Shown: positions 1-13,825, numbered from the stretch's first letter. The stretch: DNA of 64,000 nt from Octopus vulgaris (GCA_951406725.2 OX597815.1:209994001-210058000); one strand, 5' to 3'. A program made the numbers and translations. The notes: generated from the letters alone by a model not told the origin.

Positions 1-82
1 TTTGCTCGACTAAAGGCGGTGTTCCAGCATGGCCGCAGTCAAATGACTGAAACAAATAAAAGAAAAAAAGAAAAAAGAAAAA
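1..82 (+). mobile_element. SINE family B, 3' end (cut by window edge)
   Basis: Matches the 3' end of the full copy at 25603-26018 (tttgctcgactaaaggcggtg.tccagcatg.ccgcagtcaaatgactgaaaca) followed by an A-rich tail. Confidence 0.85.
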
Positions 83-599
83 TACAAGCAACATAGGAAG
101 CGAACCCACATACACACACGAACACACAGTAACTTCACAGACGGTCGCAACAGTATCAACGACAAGACTAACAACGACAGCAGCAACAGTGGTGACATAT
201 ATGGCAATAACAACTCCACGACGGCGAACACATACACAAACACAAAGATACAGGAACTTACTAAATTTCGTGTCCTCGAAGAGCAGCGGTAACAATGGGG
301 GACGCAAACGGGTAACAAACGCGGACGCAAACGCATGCGCATATAAGGATACACGTCATAGAAGGACAGAATGAAATAAGTGGAGCAGGAGCAAACTCGG
401 AGACTGAAAGTGTCACTGAAGAGGTCAAAGATGTGTGACGAAAGATTTCCAATGGGCATGAGTTAGAATAAGAACAGTAATAGACGAGTGAAGAACGAAT
501 ATATAGTGTATATGTTTATTCGGCAAAAAAGTGACCGTCCCGAAATACAACAATATCTGTTTCACCACACGATATCACATCAGGAGTATTGCAACAAAA

Positions 600-602
<3 letters not shown>

Positions 603-668
<66 letters not shown>

Positions 669-711
669 CTTATATATATATATACATATATATATAAACT
701 TATATATATAT

Positions 712-782
<71 letters not shown>

Positions 783-842
783 AACTTATATATATATACA
801 TATATATATATATATGTATATATATAAGGTTATATATATATA

Positions 843-888
<46 letters not shown>
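603..888. repeat. (TA)n microsatellite with recurring aaact interruptions
   Basis: Read directly. Confidence 0.95.
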
Positions 889-1410
889 AGAAATTAAAAA
901 AGGAAAATACGCACATTTACATGGTTTTAATATAATTTTTAATATATCGACCGGTTTCGCAATCGCTATTCATGATATAATGTTTAATTTTTATGAATAT
1001 ATATTTTTTTCTTAAGAAGAAATTTGGTCCATGTTGTTTGTAATGAAATTCACGAGTGAATGACTTTACAACTTGTCAAGTAAAGGGAGGTAATTGGTTG
1101 TTATTATTGTTATTGTTGTGTGTAAGGGAGATAAGTATTTAGGTTTTGGGTGGGGAATAAATATATGTACAGAAAGGAGACAGATTTAAAAAAAAGGGAC
1201 CTTGTTTAGTAGGGGATTTATGTACAGTGATGTAATATGTAAAATTATAAAAGTTGGTTATGCGTGCTTATTAAGACGCGTTTTGTATTTTTCAATGAAA
1301 AAAGTTTCTTTATTTAAACGTTCTAGTTGAGAGATTGTGTCTTTGCACTGGTAGAAAGGGAAGACTGTAAAATTTGGTTTGATGTTACCTGCACATTTTT
1401 CTATGTGCAC
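889..1410 (-). mobile_element. Penelope-like element 3' relic: GIY-YIG C-terminus plus terminal repeat
   Basis: Minus 1410-1258 reads HIEKCAGNIKPNFTVFPFYQCKDTISQLERLNKETFFIEKYKTRLNKHA*, resembling the H..C..F...P....RL.KE..FI.K...LN end of PLE ORFs. A hammerhead motif lies downstream in the same sense and the element ends in (TA)n. Confidence 0.75.
943..979 (-). ncRNA. Minimal type I hammerhead ribozyme motif, A3-U8 core variant
   Basis: TATATC-ATGAATA-GC(gatt)GC-GAAAC-CG-GTC-GATATA: 6-bp stem I, short stem II, palindromic stem III (ACCGGT), GUC site. Confidence 0.6.
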
Positions 1411-1470
1411 CACGACGTGGGGACAACTGAAATTCTTCTTTTCTGTTACTACTATATATATATATATATA

Positions 1471-1626
1471 GTTGAAATTCCTAGAAGAACAAAAGACAAA
1501 GACAAGTGTTCGAGCAATAAGCAAGTGTATTAGTTTGACGCTCGGGAGAAATGAAAAAATCCTTTACGTTTTGAGCCTACGCTCTTCAACAAAAAGGAAT
1601 AAGAGAAAATAAATAGAGAGAGAGAA
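1471..1626 (-). mobile_element. Penelope-like terminal-repeat fragment with decayed hammerhead (1561-1597)
   Basis: cctt-t-TTGTTGA-A-GAGC(gtag)GCTC-AAAAC-GTA-aagg: stems kept, core mutated. Same layout as 46892-46926; abuts (TA)n. Confidence 0.5.
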
Positions 1627-2624
1627 TGAAAACATAAACGACATGGTGAAACATATATATATATAGGTTGATCCGAAAAGTTCCCGGCAAAGGAAGTCAG
1701 TAAGCATTAACAATGTACATAAATTCTATAGCTGACAAAATACGGATAGTATACGATAAAGTAAACTTAGTAACTAAATGTATTTCGTCACAAATCGGAA
1801 TCAATAGAAATTCCAATAAGTTGACAGCCACGATACACTTTATACCCTATATATTAACACGTCTCTATTTTCCATAGTTTATGAATAGAGATAACGTTTA
1901 TTTATGCGTTTATACTTATAACATTTTGAATTTGGTATGTGATTTTTTTATATTTGTCGCGCCTATTTTTATTTTTCATATATATTTTCACGGAACATCT
2001 TTCTTTACAGAACTTTGCATTTAATTTGAATCTGAACATTTCAGTGTTTGTTTATCATTTATTACATTTATATACATCTTCACGTATTTATTTTTACGCG
2101 CGGTAGTAACCACTGCTTTTATTTTCTATGCTATCGTAAATTACTTATCTTAGCTGTCACGTCTTATCACACGGCTTTTAGGACTTGTTCTGTTATGCAT
2201 ATCTCTCATTATGTTCTCGACGCCAAAGTTATGATTTTATTGTCTCGCATTTGAGACGCTTTAGTTCCATGTTCCCTTTCGTTCTGTTTGCCTCCTGTCT
2301 TTCCTATACTTGTGTTACTTCTCACTCGGTTGTAGTCAGCCTCCCCATTTTTTTCATTTAGCTCAAGCTCTGCTTCAATGCTTACAATTAATTTCGTTAA
2401 TATTTTGGCTTAGATTTTTCAACCTACAACTTCACGTTGATCAAAATACAGAATCATTTGTTCAGTTCCATGCAGTGATGTAAACAACTCGAAAGTGACT
2501 GGATCTGAAGATTAGCTAACGATTTTTGCAAGTGTTACGAGTCATATAAAATATAATGTTTAACTACGAAATGTATGTAGACTTTATTTACACATTCCAC
2601 TTATGTTTTTCGAGTTTATATTTG

Positions 2625-2671
<47 letters not shown>

Positions 2672-2678
<7 letters not shown>

Positions 2679-3280
2679 TAACTAATAATATAAGATGAAG
2701 TTTTTTTCTCTACAGAAAAGAGTTCCATCAAGAAACGTGGCAGCATATTAAAAAATACCTTTACGGTTAAAAGTTTTTTTCTCTACAGAAAATAATTCCA
2801 TCAAGAAACGTGGCAGCATATTAAAAAATACCTTTACGGTTAAAATTATAAACATCTTATAAGCAAGGGCTAAAGAAGATTATTCCAAAGCCAATATACT
2901 GATTTTCCACATATAATCCACTTGTTACAGGAAAATTGAACTGAAGTCGGGCAACTAACCGTTAGAATATTTAAATTTCGTTATCTCTATATTGAAGGAA
3001 TTTCGGAATTAATCTCATAAAGGAGTCATTCTTCATCGGTAGAGCTTACGAGAGAATATAAGTAAGATACTTACATGCGTCTATGGAAAAAGCCGAAGCA
3101 AAAAACATAAGTACATTTAAGTACCTCAGTTATATCTAAAAATAAAAATTCTTTGGTCAGTCTCAGAACAACGTGTTGACTTTTCGCCGCTACAAATTGT
3201 AATGGTTACCAGTCCCTATAGCAATCAGTAATAAGTCTATTACTAATAATATAGGATGAAGAGAAAAAAACTTCATATAT
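2672..3280. repeat. TA-flanked segment with a ~73-bp tandem duplication and direct plus inverted ends; probable Penelope terminal-repeat relic
   Basis: 2699-2772 repeats at 2772-2845. actaataatata.gatgaag occurs at 2681 and 3242. atgaagtttttttctct (2695) is inverted at 3260-3276. Confidence 0.5.
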
Positions 3281-3539
3281 ATATATCTTTTGATACCCCA
3301 TTTGTCAAAATCGGCAAATCAGTTTTCGAATGCATAGGGAACATACCCTCATACACACATACAAATTCTCTTTTATATATATAGATATATACATATGCAT
3401 AATTATATAAATGATTATATACTTATAATGAATAATTGTATAATTCAAAAACTTAGGTATTAAAACAGCTTCAGGGATATAAAATATTTGAAAAAAGCTG
3501 ATATATTTTATTTCTAATATCATCAAATGATTTAACATC

Positions 3540-4300
3540 TTCTTCTTATATGCTTTGTGAATGGCTTGATCAGGTTGTCTAAATGGGTAATAAGACGGTG
3601 AGTTTCACACACTGAACTACTGTGGATCTATTCCATATCATCCGGTGAGGTTACCTAAATGAATATGTCGGTACTTTCATAACATGCTTCTCTTATTCCT
3701 TTTCACTCTTGTGAACGTTGAGTATGCCAAAGTGGAGGTCAGATTTACGCCTCTGTGGACATAGCTCTATTCTATACCAGTGTATCCTTTTTGGTATAAG
3801 GTTTATAAACATTCTAAGGTTTTACATTATGTTTTACTGATTGTAGTTTGGGATTTTTCGTAGTATGCATTGTCTTTTAACATAGATAATACTATATTTT
3901 GTAGTATTCTGTGTCTATCACGCAAATTCATTTCCTTTATCGGCCTTTTTAATTGTTCATTCTTTATAATTTTAATATATGTTTATGTTCAATATATTCT
4001 TGCCAAAGTTTGATCTCGATTTTTTTACGTGTGTTTTAAGGCAGGGCACCCTGGGAAGTTGTCCAGTGGCTCCACGGGTCCGAAGGATGATTTCGAATTT
4101 ATGTACGATTTGCTTTAGAGTCAGTAAATATATGCTATCAAGGGCTTTGTTGCTTACCATCGCTTTGTCATCTTGTAGTTTCGCTCTTGTGGGTTGTTAT
4201 AAATTTGTTTGATGAGTTTCTAATTAAATATTACTTAAACTTCAGTTGATTGTTTGGTAGCACAGAAAATTTCTGTACCTGTGACCAGGGTCTCTAAATT
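3540..4300 (-). pseudogene. Decayed Penelope-like reverse transcriptase (N-terminal part)
   Basis: Frameshifted motifs in the expected order: IKKADKGN (~3955-3930), VIDTEYY, LSMLKDNAYYEK, FGILNVHKS (~3735, cf. FYGLPKxHK), CETHRLITHLDNLIKPFTKHI (~3610-3545). Confidence 0.75.
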
Positions 4301-4334
4301 ATTATTATAATTTTGTTCGGTTGATGTTATCAAT

Positions 4335-4585
4335 ATGTATGTATTTATGTATGTATGTATGAATGTATGTATGTATGTGTGTATGTATGTATGCATGTAT
4401 GAATGTATGTATGTATGTATGAATGTATGTATGAATGTATGTATGTATGTATGTATGTATGTATGAATGTATGTATGTATGAATGTATGTATGTATGTAT
4501 GTATGAATGTGTATGTATGTATGTATGTATGTATGTATGTATGTATGTATGTATGTATGTATGTATGTATAAATGGATGGATTGA
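4335..4585. repeat. (TATG)n microsatellite; a second tract lies at 4946-5070
   Basis: Read directly. Confidence 0.95.
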
Positions 4586-5071
4586 TGGATTTATGTATGA
4601 GTTCTTGCATATATGTATGATTTTTCTTTGAGCTTTATTTACGTTCTTCTTGAGAGAGTTCAAGCCAGTTGCTAAAAAAGCGAGAAGACTTTTAGAGATA
4701 AGAGAGTTCGCAACTTTTGTAAACATGCGGTTGAGTTGGTGTATTGATGGAAATATCTCTGCGTACACCCAATGCATATACCAATACATAAGAATCTCAC
4801 ATGGAGAATTTTGGGAATGTCTTACAAATCTTCACTGTGCCACTGATAGATTGAATTTGGAGAATCCGCGTTAGCTTCTTTTACTCTTTCTTTGTAAAAC
4901 AACGTATTTCTAGGTTTTTGTTCAAATTCATTGGAACATAACCTCTGTATGTCTGTCTGTATGTATGTATGTATTATGTATGTATGTATGTATGTATGTA
5001 TGTATGTATGTATGTATGTATGTATGTATGTATGTATGTATGCATGTATGTATATATATATTATGTATGTA

Positions 5072-5330
5072 GGCATCGCCGAAACCGACTGTCCAGGCGG
5101 AAATTATTGCTGTAATTTCTCCTACGTGAGGAAACCCTTTCCCATTTTAAAGCCTGTTTCATACTTTTCAGGTTTTACATTGCTATGGGTCTAATTTTTC
5201 AGTAATATTTCGTTATCAGTCTGCATTGAAAATCTACCTTAGTTAGGTAGCTCGCATACATACCTTTTTCGCCCCATTGGTGTATTTTAATTCACACATC
5301 CACATATATAGATATTTATGTGTTTGTATT
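5072..5330 (+). mobile_element. Probable inverted Penelope terminal-repeat fragment beginning with the 3' half of a hammerhead
   Basis: GGC(atc)GCC-GAAAC-cgact-GTC at 5072-5093; the CUGAnGA half is replaced by microsatellite. Orientation is opposite to the RT relic. Confidence 0.45.
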
Positions 5331-5977
5331 TGCATTTGTATCATGTATATATATATATATATATATATATATGTTTATATTCACTGTGCATGATTGCTCA
5401 GTTGCGGACTCGACAGGGAGTTGAGCAAAGGATTGCATAGATAGTGGTTGATATATTTCTCTTGTTACTATTGTACCGTTTCTGTAAAATTTCTAACAAG
5501 TGACGCAGCCGCATAAATGTCATTCGTTGCCTTATTAGGTGTTCAGTTGATTAGCAGGCAGAAGTGTGTAATGCAGATGCCAAGAATAATTGCAGTGCAG
5601 AAGACTGATTCTAAAGCCCACTGCTTTTCCTGTATCATGGGCAAGTTTCCTTGATCATCAGTATTAATAATTATTAAAATTTAAATTGTGTGCATATAAG
5701 TGTATACGGTCTTAGTCGCAGGTGTGATATCGTTCACAATTGTTGAGTTAATCAGAATTACGTGGTGACTTGTCTATTCATGCGACAGTTTTCGAGTGAA
5801 TGTTAACAATATTTCTTTACTACATCAATATCTATAATGAGATTATTCATATATTAAAAATTCGCAGTACGTAATCATGATCGAAATTAAGGACTAAATT
5901 TGGTCATGTTAGTTAATTCTCTGACAATATGATATATTAGTTGTTGTTGCCTTAAAATTTACGACGTCATTCATATT

Positions 5978-6110
5978 ACAGTTCTACATTTAAGAGATGA
6001 GGAATTATTTACATTATTTATATTTGACGGATATTTGTCCTCATCTTGTTTGTGTTAACAACAAACATGATGAGGACAAATATCCGTCAAATATAAATAA
6101 TGTAAACAAT
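5978..6110. mobile_element. Fold-back insertion with 12-bp target-site duplication
   Basis: 46-bp inverted arms 6008-6053/6061-6106 (1 mismatch); gtcattcatatt at 5966-5977 and 6111-6122. Confidence 0.75.
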
Positions 6111-6244
6111 GTCATTCATATTGCTGCATAATCTACCAAACACATTTTTGCTGCTCACAATTTTTATAAAATAATATATGATAATAACTGAAAGTTCATG
6201 AATTTATATATTACATTCTTTCCAATCGAAGTGGACATTAATAC

Positions 6245-7096
6245 CTATTTCTTTACTACTCACAAAGGGCTAAACACAGATAGGACAAACAAGGACAGAC
6301 AAACGGATTAAGTCGATTTTACCGACCCAATGCGTAACTGGTTCATATTTAATCAACCCCAAAAGGATGAAAGGCAAAGTCGACTTTGGCGGAATTTGAA
6401 CTCAGAACGTAACAGCAGGCGAAATACCTATTTCTTTACTGCCCAAAAGAGACTACACACAGAGAGGACAAACAAGGACAGACGAACGGATTAAGTCGAT
6501 TATATCGACCCCAGTGCGTAACTGGTACTTAATCAATCGACCCCGAAAGAATGAAAGGCAAAGTCGACCTCGGCGGAATTTGAACTCAGAACGTAGCGTC
6601 AGGCGAAATACCCGTTTCTTTATTACCCACAAGGGGTTAAACATAGAGGGGACAAACAAGGACAGACATAGGTATTAAGTCGATTACATCGACCCCAGTG
6701 CGTAACTGGTGCTTAATTTATCGACCCCGAAAGGATGAAAGGTAAAGTCGACCTCGGCGGAATTCGAACTCAAAACGTAGCATTCAGACGAAATACCGCT
6801 AAGCATTTCTCCCGGCGCGCTAACGTTTCTGCCAGCTCGTCGCCTTCATGGACATTAATACCTATTTCTTTATTACCCACAAGGGGCTAAACACAGAGGG
6901 GACAAACAAGGACAGACATAGGTATTAAGTCGATTACATCGACCCCAGTGCGTAACTGGTGCTTAATTTATCGACCCCGAAAGGATGAAAGGTAAAGTCG
7001 ACCTCGGCGGAATTCGAACTCAAAACGTAGCATTCAGACGAAATACCGCTAAGCATTTCTCCCGGCGCGCTAACGTTTCTGCCAGCTCGTCGCCTT
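6245..7096 (-). mobile_element. SINE family A array: head + 3 bodies (6245-6846) plus a duplicated monomer (6862-7096)
   Basis: tRNA-like head with A-box (tggcagaaacgtt) and B-box (gagttcRaattcc). Units of ~184 bp start at 6245, 6428 and 6612. TSD tggacattaatac at 6232, 6849 and 7099. Confidence 0.92.
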
Positions 7097-7916
7097 CATG
7101 GACATTAATACCGCTGCCGTCACATTAACACCACAGTTTTGTTTTCTTTTGTTTCTTATTGAATTTATCTCTTTTTATTAGCTTTATACGTCTTACTTAG
7201 TGCAATGCAATATTTTGTAAATTGTAAACAAAGGTAAACATTTATAAAATAGCAAAACATAAAAACAATGTTTAAATAACTTTACGAAAAAATAGTTTTG
7301 TTATAAAACAGAGATATGAGGAGTAATTTGATTAGCTCTTATTGTTATCCGTTGTTATTTGCCTAACTTCTTTCAAATTATTGATGCTGTAATACTGTTT
7401 TCATCACGGCGAATAGCAGCGACAATTAGACTGGACTGGGAATGTGATAAAGAAACCGATCTTAAATTACAGGTAGAAAGGGACCGAGGAAAGATCCATA
7501 CGGAATAATTATGAATAAAAGGTAGGAAAACTGGCCTCAATGTTTTAAGTGAAATTGTAATACACAAAATATATAAAAGCAATATATTTCTAAAATTGTA
7601 ATATAATTATAATATTAAATATTTTACTACAATTTAGTGTTAAGACAAGGAGCTGTTCACTAAGTTGGTTGGCTATATTCACAATCCACTTACGATTATT
7701 GTATGTGAGATATCTTATGCTATCATATGAACGAGTTTATTTGTGAACCCTAAGGATAAGTAACTGCATACAGGTCAATCGAATATATATAGTCATACTT
7801 TACACTATATGTTGAATACTTTCACTTTACAAACAATGCGATATGAATTTATGTGTGTATGCGCATGTATATATGCATATACGAATGTTAGAGTCTGTAT
7901 TTGTATGTACATGTAT

Positions 7917-7963
<47 letters not shown>

Positions 7964-8003
7964 TAGATAGATATACATACATATATACATATACATAAGT
8001 ATC

Positions 8004-8056
<53 letters not shown>

Positions 8057-8081
8057 GTATATATATATATATGTATATACA

Positions 8082-8193
8082 TTATTTAAAAGCAGCAGAA
8101 ATTTTCTGCTGCTTTTAAATAAAGCATATTACTCTACCCCTGGTATTTGAGTACTCTTTTTTCCACCTTGTTCCACATTTATGTGTTTACTCC

Positions 8194-8195
<2 letters not shown>
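8082..8195. mobile_element. Fold-back terminal fragment within (TA)n
   Basis: Perfect 20-bp palindrome arms 8082-8101/8103-8122, then ~70 bp of unique tail; TA tracts on both sides. Confidence 0.6.
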
Positions 8196-8232
<37 letters not shown>

Positions 8233-9011
8233 GGAATCGAGGTGTAGGAAGAAAAGTTATCTTCTAGCAATCCGTAGTAAAATAACGTAGGGACATTAGC
8301 TGTTTATTGAGGAAGGTTCTGTATTTTTTATCCGTATCGAAGTACAATAAACTGAAAAAAGTTATATATATATATCTATATATATATATATATATATTGC
8401 AAATCCGAAACCCCATTAGGATTTACATGATGTAAACATTTTACTCTTTTGTGTTGTTACAAGTTTTTTTGTTGTTGTTAATACAATCATACTGTTTAAG
8501 TGTAAATGTTGAGATGTGACTTCAAAAAAGGAGTAAAAGAAAAACACTGGTCTTTGTGTAGAACAACCTGTTCTTCCTCGATAGTGGCAAAGGATACGAA
8601 AGTACACGTCAGGTTTTTAATAATGCGGATGAAGCAAGAAGGTAACGTAGCTCATATGTTACCACCTTACGAGATAGTGCTCCACTATCATTAAAGAGTA
8701 GAGATGTTGATATACAGCACTGTTGACGAACTATCAACGTATCCCAAGAATTGCATTTGAAAATTAACCCAGCATCTCACAGCAAGTACAATGATTTTCT
8801 GGATGAGCCATCCTAGCCGTCCCAAAATGCAGTGGTTACAATATTTATGCTGGTATCATTTAGTAGAAACCAGACAGTTCAGTTCTTGTAATTCACTTGA
8901 TGGTATAACTAGTGTAACCGGCGCTGCCAAACCAATGAAAAACATTCTGGAATCTCTCAAAACATTTGATGTCTTCCTCACACGCTACAGTTGAAAGCAA
9001 TAGTCCATATA

Positions 9012-9212
9012 ATATTGGTTTCAAATTTTAGCACAAGGTCAACAAATTCGGGAAGTGGATAAGACGCTTGTATCAACCCTAGTCCTCAAATGGTACTTAT
9101 TGTATCGACCCCGAAAGGTAAAGTCAACCGCAGTGTAATTTGAACTCGGAACATAAAGAAGAGAGAAATGCCGCTAAGCATTTAGCCCGGCATGCTAATG
9201 ATTCTATCAGCT
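9012..9212 (-). mobile_element. SINE family A (alternative-tail subfamily), diverged
   Basis: atcgaccccgaaagg...aatttgaactc...ccgctaagcattt similarity to family A. Confidence 0.75.
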
Positions 9213-9574
9213 AGGATGTAGAATACCATTGTAAATCTACAAAACTAGAAATCAAAACTCTTTTGACCGATGTGTTCATAGTGACAATTTTAAATAGATC
9301 TACAAGGGGAGATAATTTCTGTCCAGGCATTCCTGTCATCCCAAAGGAGACGTTATTTCACTTCAAATGACATCAGTTTTAATTTTAAAAAATTTCTTCT
9401 GTGACAGTCGACAGGTTTCACGTGAGTCATTTAGTACTCCTCGAGGTGAAAATCATCTCCTAGGCACAGAAATATATAATGAAAAAACAAGGAAAATGTA
9501 ATAAATCACCTGACATAGTGAGTAATAACTCTTGTACACTGCTGTTGTACTTAAAAAAAGTACTATCTATTTTT

Positions 9575-9816
9575 TTTTACTTCTTTCAGTCATTAGACTG
9601 TGGCCATGCTGGGGCACTGCCTTGCAGACTTATTAGTTGAACGAATCGACCCTAATTCTTTCCTTTAAAGCTAGGTCCTTATTATATCGATAACTTTGCC
9701 GAACCGCTAAGTTACGGGGACGTAAACACACCAATATCAGTTTTCAGATGATGGTGGACACACATACACACACCTGCGAAGGGCTAGCGCCTTATCACAC
9801 AGCCACACCTTCGCCC
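9575..9816 (-). mobile_element. SINE family B, diverged and internally deleted
   Basis: ggccatgctggggcac...tttgccgaaccgctaagttacggggacgtaaacacacc...cacacagccacacc. Confidence 0.75.
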
Positions 9817-10383
9817 AAATAAGGAAAATATTTCAACAGACAAACAACGTACTAAATAATACAAGACGATAGAAAAAGAAAAGGATAACTCGTTAGATTT
9901 AAACAATTTCTGTATGTTCTTATGGCTACCTCTATGCTGCACGTACATTTCGTTTAGAATAAAGAAACTAAGCGCGTTAGTACTGTCTTAGTATTGTCTG
10001 AGTATTGTCTTAAGTCACTCAATTCAAATTATCAATAAACAGAGTCTCAAAAGTATGGCACATGACATAAAAAAAAAATCAGATTTAGATATGCATCTGT
10101 AATGCAAAGGAAGTATGTAAGCAGATTTAATTACAGACAAAAAGTAGTACGTTACAAAATCTTTTTGTCAGTAATTTATGTCTCATGCAATTCTCATGGA
10201 AATTGATTTAATCGGCATGCGGCACACGGGCATTGTGCGCGTAACCTTTGTTAATATATGAATGTATGCATGTATGTATGTATGTATGTATGAATGCGTG
10301 GGGGGGGGTGTAAACACACCCACACACACCTATACATATATATATATATATATATAAATATATGTATAGGTGTGTGTGGGTGT

Positions 10384-10419
<36 letters not shown>

Positions 10420-10577
10420 GTATAGGTGTGTGTGTGTGTGTTTCCACCCCACACACAAACACACACACATATATACATACATATATTCATGCGTATGTAT
10501 TTATATATGCCCAAACATTCATACAAATATATGCGCATATATATGTCTACCTATATATCTAGCTATCATTACATATG

Positions 10578-10621
<44 letters not shown>

Positions 10622-10987
10622 TGTGTGTATGTATATGCATGTATATCTGTGTATAAACATGCTCATCCATATGTATTTATATATATGTGTGTGTGTGTGT
10701 GTGTGTAATTTTATATGTATGTATATTTAGTGCTAACTTTCGTTGTTGCAGTTCTTATTACCAGCATTTTTTATTTAATTTTTTTATTTTGTATTTTTAT
10801 CTTTGTTTTTGCTGCTTACGATGCTAGATAATGGTTATGATGATAATGTGTAATGCGTGACTTAAAACTATTGTCATATCATAGTTAAGCCTTTAGCAGC
10901 CGACAAAATCAGTAAAAACTTGATGGCTTACAGAGATACAAAGAATGCAGTAGATCTGCGGTTGATATATAACTACGTAAACGCTAT

Positions 10988-11133
10988 ACGTACATACATA
11001 CATACATGCATACATACATACATACATACATACATACATACATACATACATACATACATGCATGCATGCATGCATGCATACATACATACATACATACATA
11101 CATACATGCATGCATACATACATACATAAATAC

Positions 11134-11164
<31 letters not shown>

Positions 11165-12160
11165 CATACATACATACATACATACGTACATACATACGTA
11201 CATACATACGTACATACATACATACATACATACATACATACATACATACATACATACATACATACATACATACATACATACATACATACATACATACATA
11301 CATACATACATACATACATACATACGTACATACATACATACATACATACATACATACATACATACGTACGTACATACATACGTACATACATACATACGTA
11401 CGTACGTACATACATACATACATACGTACGTACGTACGTACGTACATACATACATACATACATACATACGTACGTACGTACGTACGTACGTACATAGGTA
11501 CGTACGTACGTACATACATACATGCATGCATGCATACATACATACATACATACATACATGCATGCATACATACATACATACATACACACATACATACACA
11601 CATACATACATACATACATACATACATACATACATACATACATACATACATACATACATACATACATACATACATACATACATACATACATACATACATA
11701 CACACATGCATGCATACATGCATGCATACATACATACACACACACATGCATGCATACATGCATGCATACATACATACACACATGCATGCATACATGCATG
11801 CATACATACATACATACATACATACACACATACATACACACATACATACATACATACATACATACATACATACAATCACACATGCATACATACATGCATA
11901 CATACATACATGCATACATACATGCATACATACATGCATACATACATACATACATACATACATACACACATACATACATACATACATGCATACATGCATA
12001 CATACATACATACATACACACATACATACATACATACACACATACATGCATACATACATACATGCATACATACATACATACATACATACATACATGCATA
12101 CATACATACATGCATACATACATACATACATACATGCATACATACATACATACATACATG

Positions 12161-12256
<96 letters not shown>

Positions 12257-12598
12257 CATACATACATACATACATACATACATTCATGCATGCATACATA
12301 CATACATACATACATACATACATACATACATACATACATACATACATACATACATACATACATACATACATACAAGCATGCATGCATATATCTACATACA
12401 TATGTACACATATACATATATACATACATACATACATACATACATACCTACATACATACATACATACATACATACATACATACATACATGCCTACACACA
12501 TACATGCATGCATACATACATACATACATACATACATACATACATACATACAAGCATGCATGCATATATCTACATACATATGTACACATATACATACA

Positions 12599-12630
<32 letters not shown>

Positions 12631-12652
12631 CATACATACATACATATATACA

Positions 12653-12686
<34 letters not shown>

Positions 12687-12988
12687 CATACATACATACA
12701 TACATACATAAATACATACATACATACATACATACATACATACATACATACATACATACATACATACATACATACATACATACATACATGCATACATAAA
12801 TACATACATACATACATGCATACATAAATACATACATACATACATACATACATACACACACACATACATACATACATACATACATACATACATACATACA
12901 TGCATACATACATACATACATACATACATACAAGCATGCATGCATACATACATACATATATACATACATACATACACACATACATACA

Positions 12989-13022
<34 letters not shown>

Positions 13023-13274
13023 CATACATACATACATATATACATACATACATACATACATATATACATACATGCATCCATCCATACATACATACAAGCA
13101 TGCATGCATATATCTACATACATATGTACACATATACATACATACATACATACATACATACATACATACATACATACATACATACATACATACATACATA
13201 CATACATACATACATACATACATACATACATACATACATACATACATACATACATACATACATACATACATACA

Positions 13275-13308
<34 letters not shown>

Positions 13309-13654
13309 CATACATACATACATACATACATACATACATACATACATACATACATACATACATACATACATACATACATACATACATACATACATACATA
13401 CATACATACATACATACATAAATACATACATATATACATACATACATACATACATACATACATACATACATACACACATACATACATACATACATACATA
13501 CATACATACATACATACAAGCATGCATGCATACATACATACGTACATACATACATACATACATACGTACATACATACGTACATACATACATACATACATA
13601 CATAAATACATACATACATACATACATAAATACATACATACATACATGCATACA

Positions 13655-13690
<36 letters not shown>

Positions 13691-13760
13691 TATGCATGCA
13701 TCCATACATACATACATACATACATGCATATATCTACATACATATGTACACATATGTGTG
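10988..13760. repeat. ~2.8-kb (TACA)n microsatellite with variant domains
   Basis: Read directly; source of the HTYI/MYVC pseudo-ORFs. Confidence 0.98.
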
Positions 13761-13825
13761 CCTGTGTGTATATATAGCCTACGTTTATGTGTGAATAGCC
13801 TATTGGATACTTACACACCAATATA

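Noticed and set aside
416-450. Hammerhead-like CTGAAGA-G-GTCA..TGAC-GAAA
   Set aside because: No stem I pairing and poor stem III; at best a relic.
10-459. 149-aa minus-strand ORF
   Set aside because: Low-complexity, runs into a SINE tail, no recognisable domain.
3175-3215. Hammerhead-like relic on the minus strand (CTGGTAA, long stem II, GAAAAGTC)
   Set aside because: Multiple core changes and no stem I; not called.
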